From assembly GCA_964636085.1 (NCBI GenBank), contig CAZWPQ010000010.1, positions 1 through 36,140 of the forward strand: a stretch of 36,140 nt of DNA, given 5' to 3'. A model generated the notes under the pieces. That model was not told the DNA's origin and did no database searches. It saw nothing but the letters and a program-made list of their open reading frames with translations. Both the position numbers and the translations under genes were made by a program. This DNA is from an uncultured Nitrososphaerota archaeon (GTDB lineage Archaea > Asgardarchaeota > Njordarchaeia > Njordarchaeales > Panguiarchaeaceae). Each line of letters starts with the position of its first letter. Within the stretch, counting starts at the first letter, position 1. Positions 8,031 through 17,139 of this stretch are shown here, piece by piece.

Positions 8031-10350
8031 AGGTTTCCTCAGGCGACAATCCACCGTGATATACGGCTCCCCTCCCTGGTAGGAACTTACGGTTTCCTTT
8101 GGGAAAAGCAACAATCACGCTATCTCCGCTTTTTATCCTTGTTAAAACTTCTGTACCTTTTCTCCTAAACTCAATCTCCTTCAATCCTAATTTGCCTCCA
8201 GTTGTAATCCAGAACCCCTCCCTGTACTCGTCATTGTTGGTGTATATTTGACGCGCACCCATGCTCAGTGACTCATCTTTTAATGGTATTATCGCATACC
8301 TCTCTCTTATAATTGGTTCAACGCCGACATCTATATATCCCTTCCGCTTTAAATCCTCCACATAATCCTCTATAGGCACATGCCTCAAAAAAACCCCTAG
8401 GCCATGATCAGAACATATTACAAGTCTTAGAAAGTTATATTGCTTGGATAGCTCCGTCATAATACACATTATCAACTCGACTATGCTATCAAGATACTCC
8501 TCAACAAAATGAACCATTATAGATTCAGTTGCTCCATGCATTGATTTTTCCAATTCACTTAATATAAAAAAGATCTTGTCGGAGTGTATAGACTGCCTCC
8601 TAAATCTGTTTATCATCATACCTATGGGGCCATAATAATATTCTACATCACCATATTTAGCCTTTATTATATCCTCCTCTCTTTGCCTATATTGCTTACT
8701 AAATACTAAGCTCCTAACTGCTTCCCCCAACATTATGGATGTTCTAGATATAATTGTAATTGATGGGAGTAGAGATATCTTAGGACCCAATTTAACAGGT
8801 TTAAGTCCGGTACGAATCAACTTAGGGACAAGACCCAAAATGAAATCATCATACCTAAGTCCATCTATTATAAGAGCCACATTGACCACTCCCTTTGGGC
8901 TTCCATTATAGAATACATCCATAAGTGCGCTGGAAGTAAAAATATCAAGCCTCAACTTTGTAAGCTCGTTATATGAGTTCAATAGTAGATACTCCCAACG
9001 TTTGCTTAGCTTATCATAGACATTATTAATTCTCTTCATTACCCTTATTAAAGCTGGGGTATCGCCAAACAAACGCTTCACCTTAGAGGAAAAAACATTA
9101 GCTAGACTCCTTGATTCCATAAAACAAGCTATGGGGTCAATTAAATCTTCAATTTTTTTAGGAGTTAGATTAACAAACTTTTCCGCCTTTGCCAGCGATG
9201 ATAAAAACTTCTTTAGTAATAGTAAACGCTGAGGAGGCCTAACATGCGCGTCCTTAAAGTATTTACAGACCTTCGTAACATATTTTCTAATTGCTAGCAC
9301 ACCCCCTTGAAGCTCCCAAGGTATTACCAGTGCTATACCCCTTGGTTTCAGCCTTAACTCATATAGAACATCATTGATTCGTCTTAGCCTATATTTTCCT
9401 CTACGAATGGATAGAGCTATAATTCTCTTAGAAGAAAAACCCCGATAGGAATTAACTAATGTTGCCAACTTTACAATTTTTGGCAATATACTACTAGAGA
9501 TTAATTGCCTCGCCAATAAATAAAAACTCCAGCCACCATGAATCTCCGCGATTCTTTGCAGATATATAGCGTCCAATAGAAGGCCTACATTAGAGTCGCA
9601 AATAAATTCCAGAATATCAAACAGGACACTAATTGGATAGCTCTGCTCATTAGATTCGACTAGTTGATTAAAAATCTCCTCAATAATCAATAGTTTTAGT
9701 GGTTCCTTTATGGAGCAGGTAGCTACAAATACGGATAAAACTATACCCTCGAGTATGTTTATTGATCTACGGTCCCTAGATGAAAAAAAATGTTGTATTA
9801 TTCCATCATTAATATCACTCAGACCCCTACCATATAACAATCGAATTGCTAGGTCCAATCTTTGAAAAGGAGCAACAAAGGAGTTAGCTTTTGTTATTTT
9901 CCCCAGTATCGATTTAACTTCATCTAGCAAAACTAGTAAATCTAGTTTGGATGCCCTATCGATTTGTAGCATAACCTCCTTTCTAGGGATAATACCAATA
10001 CTATGAACAACTTGGCCACCCCTGAGAAAACCCTCAATCAAAAACAACAAATCCCTTATAGCATCACTGTTCCTTGTCTGTATATATTCCCTCAATAACA
10101 TAAAAAAAGTTTTAACGAGATCCTCTATACTCAAGCCAGCAATATACCTGGCGCATTTCTCTATGAAATCTAATTGTTTTTTATCAGTAAACCATACGCG
10201 CTGGAGCAAACCTAGATCCCTTATTATTTCGTCTGAAAGCTCCCTCCTTCTCGCTGGATCCTCATGAATCATAGAATGAATAACTATCAACAGCTCTGAT
10301 ATGGGCGGGATTAGTCTGTCTAAGGTAGCGATTACAGCCTCCAACCTCAA
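7993..10350 (-). CDS. PglZ-domain (alkaline phosphatase superfamily) protein, standalone
   Basis: The C-terminal ~300 aa carry the PglZ motifs in order: ALIIDGLRYD, SLLPSITIISR, ELEKSMHG, ICSDHG, YHGGLSPEE. The N-terminal ~480 aa look alpha-helical and are unrecognised. Confidence 0.85.
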   Translation of the reverse strand: MRLEAVIATLDRLIPPISELLIVIHSMIHEDPARRRELSDEIIRDLGLLQRVWFTDKKQLDFIEKCARYIAGLSIEDLVKTFFMLLREYIQTRNSDAIRDLLFLIEGFLRGGQVVHSIGIIPRKEVMLQIDRASKLDLLVLLDEVKSILGKITKANSFVAPFQRLDLAIRLLYGRGLSDINDGIIQHFFSSRDRRSINILEGIVLSVFVATCSIKEPLKLLIIEEIFNQLVESNEQSYPISVLFDILEFICDSNVGLLLDAIYLQRIAEIHGGWSFYLLARQLISSSILPKIVKLATLVNSYRGFSSKRIIALSIRRGKYRLRRINDVLYELRLKPRGIALVIPWELQGGVLAIRKYVTKVCKYFKDAHVRPPQRLLLLKKFLSSLAKAEKFVNLTPKKIEDLIDPIACFMESRSLANVFSSKVKRLFGDTPALIRVMKRINNVYDKLSKRWEYLLLNSYNELTKLRLDIFTSSALMDVFYNGSPKGVVNVALIIDGLRYDDFILGLVPKLIRTGLKPVKLGPKISLLPSITIISRTSIMLGEAVRSLVFSKQYRQREEDIIKAKYGDVEYYYGPIGMMINRFRRQSIHSDKIFFILSELEKSMHGATESIMVHFVEEYLDSIVELIMCIMTELSKQYNFLRLVICSDHGLGVFLRHVPIEDYVEDLKRKGYIDVGVEPIIRERYAIIPLKDESLSMGARQIYTNNDEYREGFWITTGGKLGLKEIEFRRKGTEVLTRIKSGDSVIVAFPKGNRKFLPGRGAVYHGGLSPEETFSAFGIFEFSLS

Positions 10351-10481
10351 TAACTTACTTATAGACCTAGAATAAAATAGATCAGAAATAATGTCCTGAT
10401 TTATAATATTACCTAAGAATCGCCCTATATGCCCCCAGACATCTTCTATGAGAATTCACCAGAAAAAACAGTATCCAGGCC

Positions 10482-10745
10482 TCATGCACTCCGGCGTTTC
10501 TCAGAAAATTCGTATGCCATTTTCTCTAACTCAGCTACCCTTTGGGCCATCAACAAGAGTTGATCCTTGAGATACCTGGAATCCGTCGCGAAAATACCCA
10601 CGACCTCATTCGCAAATCTCTTTATGTTATCTATCTCCATATCGATATTATCGGCTGTCTGTCTCATTTCTTTCACAATATTCGCTATGTGCTCCAATAC
10701 AAGATCGTGGCTCCTGTCCTTCTTTTTTGGCAAGTTACCCACCAA
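10482..10745 (-). CDS. Hypothetical small coiled-coil/helical-hairpin protein
   Basis: 87-aa ORF with heptad-like amphipathic pattern (IANIVKEMRQTADNIDMEIDNIKRF; LLLMAQRVAELEKMA). Same strand as, and upstream of, the PglZ gene. Confidence 0.6.
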   Translation of the reverse strand: MVGNLPKKKDRSHDLVLEHIANIVKEMRQTADNIDMEIDNIKRFANEVVGIFATDSRYLKDQLLLMAQRVAELEKMAYEFSEKRRSA

Positions 10746-10864
10746 CTATAACTACTATTACCATAACACTTTTAATAAAAAATTTTCATTAAATAGGTGT
10801 ACCTTTACATCATTTATTAAGTCAACTTTGGGGAATACAATTCCAGAATCCAGGCTGGTATGAA

Positions 10865-11773
10865 ATGTTAGTACTAATTCCCCTGGTACTTGTAGCGATC
10901 TTGATGACGATAATCATTATCAGAACTGATGTCGATGCTAATAGTTTTATCTTACTAGGATCAGTAATTGCGGGAATATTATATCTCTCATTTTGGGAAA
11001 AACCAACATATAACCTTCAACTTTTATTGGTACTGGCACTCTTCATAATAGCCCCTATTATAGGCATCGCTATATTTCTCGTCGATTATTTTTCAAAAAG
11101 ACGCAAGAAGGACTACGCATCCTGCTATGAGGACGAGATCAGGAGAAAAGCATTCCATTTCGTAGGATTTGCCGTATTTCTCCCAAAGACCGTGTATTGG
11201 ACCGCATATAACTTGGCGGTCACAGGCTTCAGCAATACATTCAACACAAGTATAGAGAACATGGGTCTTAATCATTCTGGGTACATTAGCTTCGTAATTT
11301 TCTTGATAACCTATCCACTACTGGTATTATTTACAATAACGGAGTTTGTAAGACTGAACTATAAACACGATCTATTCATCTCCTTGGTTAGAAAGGACGA
11401 ATCGAATAAAATGGCTTCATATTTGCATTCAACAGCATCCATATTCATCGTTTCATTACTGTTTTATCCATACAATAATATTGTTTGTGCTGCAATAGCT
11501 ATGGGGCTATTAGCCGATTTGGCAGCCTGTATTGTTGGTAAGAGGTACCACAAAATCGCATATAAAGATAGAAGTCTCGAAGGATTCATGGCTAACTTCT
11601 TAGTGGGGGCCATTGCAGGTTATTTCTTTGTGGGGGCAATAGCGATTATTGTTGGACTATTAATCGCCACCATAGATTTCCTCAATGGGGCACTTGAATT
11701 AAAGCTAAATGACAATTTCCTTTTCCCTGTACTAATCGCATTATTCCTATATCTCTTCCTCGTCGGCATTTAG
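10865..11773 (+). CDS. CTP-dependent polyprenol/diacylglycerol kinase (dolichol/phytol kinase family), integral membrane
   Basis: EIRRKAFH, R..E, ADLAACIVGK, RSLEG and LNDNFLFP, with many TM segments. Confidence 0.85.
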   Translation: MLVLIPLVLVAILMTIIIIRTDVDANSFILLGSVIAGILYLSFWEKPTYNLQLLLVLALFIIAPIIGIAIFLVDYFSKRRKKDYASCYEDEIRRKAFHFVGFAVFLPKTVYWTAYNLAVTGFSNTFNTSIENMGLNHSGYISFVIFLITYPLLVLFTITEFVRLNYKHDLFISLVRKDESNKMASYLHSTASIFIVSLLFYPYNNIVCAAIAMGLLADLAACIVGKRYHKIAYKDRSLEGFMANFLVGAIAGYFFVGAIAIIVGLLIATIDFLNGALELKLNDNFLFPVLIALFLYLFLVGI

Positions 11774-12237
11774 GTTATCTCATCATACAGAACAATTCGA
11801 TTTTGATCCACTTGAACCGTCTCACACAGATAGGGGGCTAACCTGAACTTTATATTTCTACCTTGTCTTCTAGACAAGAGTATTCCCTCTTTCTCCATTC
11901 TTCTAAGGTAAGTTATGACCGTTGACTGCTTTAGTTCGATATCATTTAGGTCTTGATAGGCCTCCTTGGCATCTCCAGATGTAAACCATTGACCATATCG
12001 GAACACCGACATTATTGTTTCCTTAAAGGAGGAGTATATACTCTGTTTTGCTTGGGTCGAGATGTTAGTTCTAGATGTTTCACGGATTCTTGGGTGATCT
12101 CTTCTAGTAAAAATATTGGAAGCGATGGGATATATCAAATACTTTATCGCATCCAATGTAGCTCCATCAATATCCCCCTCTGCCTTAACATCTACCTCTA
12201 TGTCTCCAACTTTCAATCTTATATGTAGCTTGGGCAT
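11770..12237 (-). CDS. Winged-helix DNA-binding protein
   Basis: C-terminal wHTH (QWFTSGDAKEAY...STVITYLRRMEKEGILLSRRQGRNIKFRL) and a short N-terminal beta-hairpin domain. Confidence 0.75.
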   Translation of the reverse strand: MPKLHIRLKVGDIEVDVKAEGDIDGATLDAIKYLIYPIASNIFTRRDHPRIRETSRTNISTQAKQSIYSSFKETIMSVFRYGQWFTSGDAKEAYQDLNDIELKQSTVITYLRRMEKEGILLSRRQGRNIKFRLAPYLCETVQVDQNRIVLYDEIT

Positions 12238-12320
12238 TGATTAACCTTCCGTCTACCTTCTAACTCCCCATTACCTTAACTTATAAATACATATATGCCA
12301 TGAGGAGTTCACTAGTAATA

Positions 12321-12950
12321 CTAGAGTGAAAGATCTTTATCCCATTCAAATATAAAATACTTGATTGAGCCATCATATACACAAGCCATGACCCAACGCT
12401 TTCTGACACTCCACGATAATCTGCCAGAACGCAAAAAATCCTGTCCCCTCAACCTTATATTCTTGCTGAAAACACTCACGACAAAGGGCGAGTGATCTAT
12501 TCCAGGGCCATAGACATATACAACAAAATCTGCCCCATACTTCAGTCCCGGTTTAACGACAAATCCACTATCCCTAAGATCCTCATATACCATATATTTT
12601 GGATCAAAATCATCGATAACGCTAGAGGCCACTTTCCTTAACTCATCACAACTTATTTCCCTATCTTTATGAACAATTCTTATGATTCCCCGTTTTAGTA
12701 GATAGAGAGAATCATAAAAGGACAATTCATATGGAACCTTATACCGTACTAACTTTGGCTTCCTTATGCCCATTGGCTTGCCAAAGAATGCTGATGAATA
12801 TAGGGAATAACCATGATCTGGATTCCAAACAACTACCCTATATCCTTCGAGGACACCCACTATTTTAAGTTCTCTTAATTTCTCCATCTTCGCCCTTCTT
12901 TCGAGTACAACATCATTAGGAATAAAGGACGCCCAGCTCATTATAATCAC
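12321..12950 (-). CDS. endA: tRNA-splicing endonuclease, catalytic (alpha) subunit
   Basis: ELSFYDSLYL, YMVYEDLRDSG, GLKYGADFVVY, GPGIDHS and VRK. The Tyr/His/Lys catalytic triad is present in a single unit of 209 aa. Confidence 0.92.
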   Translation of the reverse strand: MIIMSWASFIPNDVVLERRAKMEKLRELKIVGVLEGYRVVVWNPDHGYSLYSSAFFGKPMGIRKPKLVRYKVPYELSFYDSLYLLKRGIIRIVHKDREISCDELRKVASSVIDDFDPKYMVYEDLRDSGFVVKPGLKYGADFVVYVYGPGIDHSPFVVSVFSKNIRLRGQDFLRSGRLSWSVRKRWVMACVYDGSIKYFIFEWDKDLSL

Positions 12951-13897
12951 TCAAACATATCAGTCAGTATACTCACTAATAGTGCCATTCTGATATAGAG
13001 CCCCCATTTTGCCTGCTTATAGTACAACGCATAATCTGTCTTATCTATACTAGGATCTATCTCCTCTAATTTAGGCAATGGATGCATTATCCTCATAGTA
13101 TCCTTGGCCCTCTCTAGATAATCCAAGGAGACGTAGTACGAACCCTTTATCCTCTCATACTCACTAGGGTCAGGAAATCTCTCCTTTTGAATTCTCACTA
13201 CATACAATATATCCAACTCAGGGATAACATCTTGCATATCATCAACAAACTCATAGTCTATCCCCGATGCCTTTAACAAATCTATAACCATCTCCCTAGG
13301 TCGCAAAATAGGCGGAGATATCAAATAAATCTTCTTAGGCCTAAACATGCACAAACCCATCAAAAAGGAGTTCGTGGCTCTAGCATACTTCAAATCACCT
13401 AAGACCCCAACAATAAGCCCATCTACACCTCCAAACTCCCGATATATCGTATAAAGATCCAACATCGTCTGAGTAGGATGCTGAAATTTTCCATCTCCAC
13501 CATTAATTATTGGGCATTCACATACTTCGGCAGCTAATCTAGCCGCCCCCTCCAACGGGTGTCTAATCACTATAACATCACAATAAAGATCAAGCATCCT
13601 CAGAGTATCAATCATTTTTTCCCCTTTCCTCAAAGACGTTACCATAGGCTGGGCAAAACCGACTGTCTGCCCCCCCAATCGCTTCATTGCAGCCTCAAAA
13701 CTCAGCCTAGTTCGTGTGGATGATTCAAAAAAAGCATATCCTAGTATCCTATTCTTCAATATATCCGTGTATTCTCCGATATCCTCTACAATTCGATCAG
13801 TAACCCTGAATAACCACTCCAAATCCTTCCGAGAGAAATCAGTTATACCTATAACATCACGACCCCTAAATGGATTCAACAATACCCCCCCTAACAA
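12947..13897 (-). CDS. pyrB: Aspartate carbamoyltransferase catalytic subunit
   Basis: FFESSTRTRLSFE, IRHP, INGGDGKFQHPTQ, GDLKYAR, RIQKERF, MHPLP. Confidence 0.96.
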   Translation of the reverse strand: MLGGVLLNPFRGRDVIGITDFSRKDLEWLFRVTDRIVEDIGEYTDILKNRILGYAFFESSTRTRLSFEAAMKRLGGQTVGFAQPMVTSLRKGEKMIDTLRMLDLYCDVIVIRHPLEGAARLAAEVCECPIINGGDGKFQHPTQTMLDLYTIYREFGGVDGLIVGVLGDLKYARATNSFLMGLCMFRPKKIYLISPPILRPREMVIDLLKASGIDYEFVDDMQDVIPELDILYVVRIQKERFPDPSEYERIKGSYYVSLDYLERAKDTMRIMHPLPKLEEIDPSIDKTDYALYYKQAKWGLYIRMALLVSILTDMFE

Positions 13898-13951
13898 ATT
13901 ATGAGGATAAATATTTTTTTAAGTTTAGTTATCGATATATAGTGATGAAAC

Positions 13952-14263
13952 ATGGTCATCGACATGATCATACAAGCCCTATCATCACAATTCTCAATAC
14001 TAATACTATACCTCCTAAACAAATATGAAGAAATGAAACTAACAGAAATACTTGGAAAAATCGGATTCTCAAAGTATAAATCAGTAAGAAAGACAATAAT
14101 GCTCCTAGCCAAAGCAGGCCTCGTATCCATAGCAATCAAAAAAATAACACCCCGAGTAAAAGCATGGAAAATAAAAATAACAAACAAAGGAAAACAAATA
14201 ATAGAAGCCCTAGTAAAAAACATAAGCCCACAAGACGAACAAAAAACTAATACACCCAAGTAG
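13952..14263 (+). CDS. Small winged-helix (MarR/ArsR-like) transcriptional regulator
   Basis: ILILYLL...LAKAGLV...IKITNKGKQI wHTH pattern. Divergent from pyrB. Confidence 0.7.
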   Translation: MVIDMIIQALSSQFSILILYLLNKYEEMKLTEILGKIGFSKYKSVRKTIMLLAKAGLVSIAIKKITPRVKAWKIKITNKGKQIIEALVKNISPQDEQKTNTPK

Positions 14264-14531
14264 GTCGTTATTCTGCATCATAACTTCCAAATAGCATATG
14301 AAGACAGAGCTTATGTGGTTCGATAATAAAGTTCTTTGTTGCGATGGTGCCATTGTTACATAAAATGTCTAGTGTTATATAAGGTCTAGTTTATTTATTT
14401 TCTAGGGGAGAAAATTTGAAGAAAGATTCCATGAAGTGTTTATGGAGAAAGAAGATATTCTATGATGACATACTCATAAGTCGGAGAAAAAGGGATAAAA
14501 GAACTGTTGTTCTTGACCATTATCTCGTGAG

Positions 14532-14981
14532 GTGCAGAAGGATATGCAGGAAGAAACAAGAGCCGTGATTGAGAGAGGTGTTTGGATACCCATAGAGATA
14601 CGCAAGAATAACATTATCGAGAGAACATCGGGTCTTGTCAATGGAGGGTATAGGACAGAGAATCCAGCAATAGCTCTCCCAATACCACTCTGTAATAAGC
14701 TTGGGGTTACAGCTGTAGAGCCAACAGAAGAGCCTAGTCTATGGCTGACAAATACCTTTGTGGACATCAGGATTCTCGTAGAGGATAAAGATACTGAGTG
14801 GATAGGGGCTGAGGTGCATGCACACATGATAAGGCCATACGTAATAATAAGTACGCCCCTCGCCAGCAGAATGAATATCGGAATATGGGATCTAGACGAG
14901 GGGACATGGTTCTTTAGGGATGAACCGTCAAAAATAAGGCTACCAACAAAACCAAGAATATATTCTTTTATAATCCCTTAA
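14532..14981 (+). CDS. Archaeal clan-AA aspartyl-protease-like protein (catalytic D replaced by N)
   Basis: GLVNGGYRTENPAIALP resembles the ALV(D/N)(T/S)G(F/Y)...P.I.IP motif. The C-terminal IGIWDLDEGTWFFRDEP resembles the same archaeal family. Start codon uncertain (ATG 14544 possible). Confidence 0.55.
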   Translation: MQKDMQEETRAVIERGVWIPIEIRKNNIIERTSGLVNGGYRTENPAIALPIPLCNKLGVTAVEPTEEPSLWLTNTFVDIRILVEDKDTEWIGAEVHAHMIRPYVIISTPLASRMNIGIWDLDEGTWFFRDEPSKIRLPTKPRIYSFIIP

Positions 14982-15049
14982 CTTATATTCTCTATATCTA
15001 TAGGATACATGGAACCAACACAACCAAAAAATCATACAACCCCCACCAA

Positions 15050-15135
15050 GCGGGGGTTCCGGAGAGGTCAAACGGGCTAGGTTGAGGACCTAGTGGCGTA
15101 TGCCTGCGCGGGTTCGAGTCCCGCCCCCCGCACCA
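15050..15135 (+). tRNA. tRNA-Leu (anticodon GAG), intronless, CCA encoded
   Basis: Acceptor stem GCGGGGG/CCCCCGC-A-CCA, anticodon arm CTAGG-TTGAGGA-CCTAG, long variable arm and T arm GCGGG-TTCGAGT-CCCGC. Confidence 0.96.
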
Positions 15136-15244
15136 ATTTTGAATGAGGATAATAAGCAAATACTTTCTAATCCTATAGTCCCATTCCAGCTTTAGGATCG
15201 CCAATATAGGTTGGCTATCGTTTATATTTCTCTTTTTATCAATT

Positions 15245-16996
15245 TTGGTTTACTCTTCCAGTTATTTTTCGGTGAGAGGGCTGAGACGGGGGCCTAAAAC
15301 TACACTCGTGTCGAGTGGTATTTTTATGCTGATAAGGAGTTTATATTTACATAGATACATGAGTCTGAGTAATAAGAGTTGTAGGGGAAAGAGAATACTT
15401 ATTAATTATCCTAGGATGGATAGGCTTACATGCATAACACTTAACAATATGAACATTAGTGGTATACAGATTGGGCTCTTGCTCAAGAGTCTTTGGAATT
15501 TAAGAGATATGGGTTTTCTCGATTATAAGAAACATTCAAGAAACAAGATAACCATCCGTCTTAATGAGCGTGGTTATGAGTTGATCGAGGCCCTTGTGGA
15601 GCTCTACGATAACTTGGGATCCCATAATTTTGAGCTAACTTTTAATGACATTAAAATCCTCTACATAATAAATTCCAATGGTTTCTTTCTGAGTGCATCG
15701 AGGCTATCCAGATATTTGGGGATCTCCAAGCAAGGCTGTGTAAAAATACTGAAAAAAATCAGGAAAATCGGCCTTATTGGAGATAAGGGGCTCTTAACAT
15801 GCATTGGACAAAAAATATTAAACATATTCATTCCATACATACAAAACAAAGAATCATTCAGACCCGCTCACCCAGCAAATTCCATATATGGTTCGGACGA
15901 AGAAATGCATAGACAATCGGCCAATTCAATACGTGTATTATTTGAGAAAATAAGTCAGGTCATAGAAATTAACCAGTCCCAAGGCTATCTCGATGAAAAA
16001 TTAGATATCTCAATACTCGCTATAGGTAGTGATAGAACATTCGATGCTGCCTATGCCCTATACAATTCGCTAAAGACAACCCCACATAGGATACAAAAGA
16101 TACTTCTCGTAAACGATCCTAACTACAAAAAATATGCTCCTATCCATAATGCTCACATGGATCCCAATATGGATTCCGATTATCTCGAAAATCTCATGAG
16201 CGATTCCTATATTCGCAAAAATGTAGACCTCCTCATAGCGATATTAACACCAGCAATGGCGAGTATTATGCAACGCATCGCAGAGCGCCTCAGAATAAAA
16301 GTGATTATGATAACCAAGATATCCAACTATTTACTAGATTTAGACAACGATATTGAATCCATCAGAGTTTTATCGTCACAGATCTTCGCAACAATAAAAA
16401 AAGCACTTAATAATGGCTCAGAAATTGTGCTGAGTTGGGGCAAAAAAAACGAAAAAAGCTACATAAAAATCAGACCCATGGAAATACCTAGGGATCTTAT
16501 AGAGCTAACACTAAGATCCAGCAATGGACTCTTGAATAACTACTCATGTGAAATACCTTATGGAAAAATCACAATCGACCTCAAAACCATATTAAGTTTT
16601 GTAAAGATTTCCGGCAAGATACGCGTAAGAGGCAACCCCATATATGGTTTAAAGGGGCCCTACAACCACTGGCCGCATAGGTCATGCAGATATAGCTACT
16701 GCAATATACGCATAGAGCAAAAAGAACATACACACGAATTATCTCACGAACAATCAACAATCAAAAACATCACAAAAGTCATTCATGGCTCAAAATTAGA
16801 GTCGATTTCTCTTGGACTCAACAATATCATCAACGCCAAGATAGAAAACATAATAACAAAGGCCCCCTTTCTACTACCATACATAAGAGGATACATATCA
16901 CTCAACATAAAACCACAAAACACCAACCATATAAAATACCAATATGTAGGCTACAAACCAACCATCAAAACCAGTAAACATAAAATTGAACTCTAG
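15245..16996 (+). CDS. Hypothetical protein with tandem N-terminal wHTH domains and a central Rossmann-like alpha/beta domain
   Basis: 583-aa uninterrupted ORF. wHTH1 LRDMGFL...IRLNERGYELIEALV, wHTH2 SASRLSRYLGISKQGCVKILKKIRKIGLI...LTCIG, then alternating beta/alpha segments (ISILAIGS, ILLVND, VDLLIAIL, IKVIMI). Start uncertain. Confidence 0.7.
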   Translation: MVYSSSYFSVRGLRRGPKTTLVSSGIFMLIRSLYLHRYMSLSNKSCRGKRILINYPRMDRLTCITLNNMNISGIQIGLLLKSLWNLRDMGFLDYKKHSRNKITIRLNERGYELIEALVELYDNLGSHNFELTFNDIKILYIINSNGFFLSASRLSRYLGISKQGCVKILKKIRKIGLIGDKGLLTCIGQKILNIFIPYIQNKESFRPAHPANSIYGSDEEMHRQSANSIRVLFEKISQVIEINQSQGYLDEKLDISILAIGSDRTFDAAYALYNSLKTTPHRIQKILLVNDPNYKKYAPIHNAHMDPNMDSDYLENLMSDSYIRKNVDLLIAILTPAMASIMQRIAERLRIKVIMITKISNYLLDLDNDIESIRVLSSQIFATIKKALNNGSEIVLSWGKKNEKSYIKIRPMEIPRDLIELTLRSSNGLLNNYSCEIPYGKITIDLKTILSFVKISGKIRVRGNPIYGLKGPYNHWPHRSCRYSYCNIRIEQKEHTHELSHEQSTIKNITKVIHGSKLESISLGLNNIINAKIENIITKAPFLLPYIRGYISLNIKPQNTNHIKYQYVGYKPTIKTSKHKIEL

Positions 16997-17139
16997 TAAA
17001 GATACATAATAGCAGAAAATCCGACGGGAAAATCAGAGGAAGAGAATATTTAAAAAAATGTAATTGTTAATATTCTGTAACTACACTTTTTTATATTTAA
17101 AAAAAATATTAGTAATGAACTCTTCCATGGGGGATAAAT

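Noticed and set aside
7993-10745. Complete BREX system
   Set aside because: Only a PglZ-domain gene is present. There is no BrxC/PglY ATPase, PglX methyltransferase, BrxL or recognisable BrxA/B in the window.
14462-14517. ATGATGA box C-like motif
   Set aside because: No CTGA box D at a suitable distance.
14998-15204. 68-aa minus-strand ORF
   Set aside because: It is the antisense translation of tRNA-Leu (the GGRDSNP pattern).
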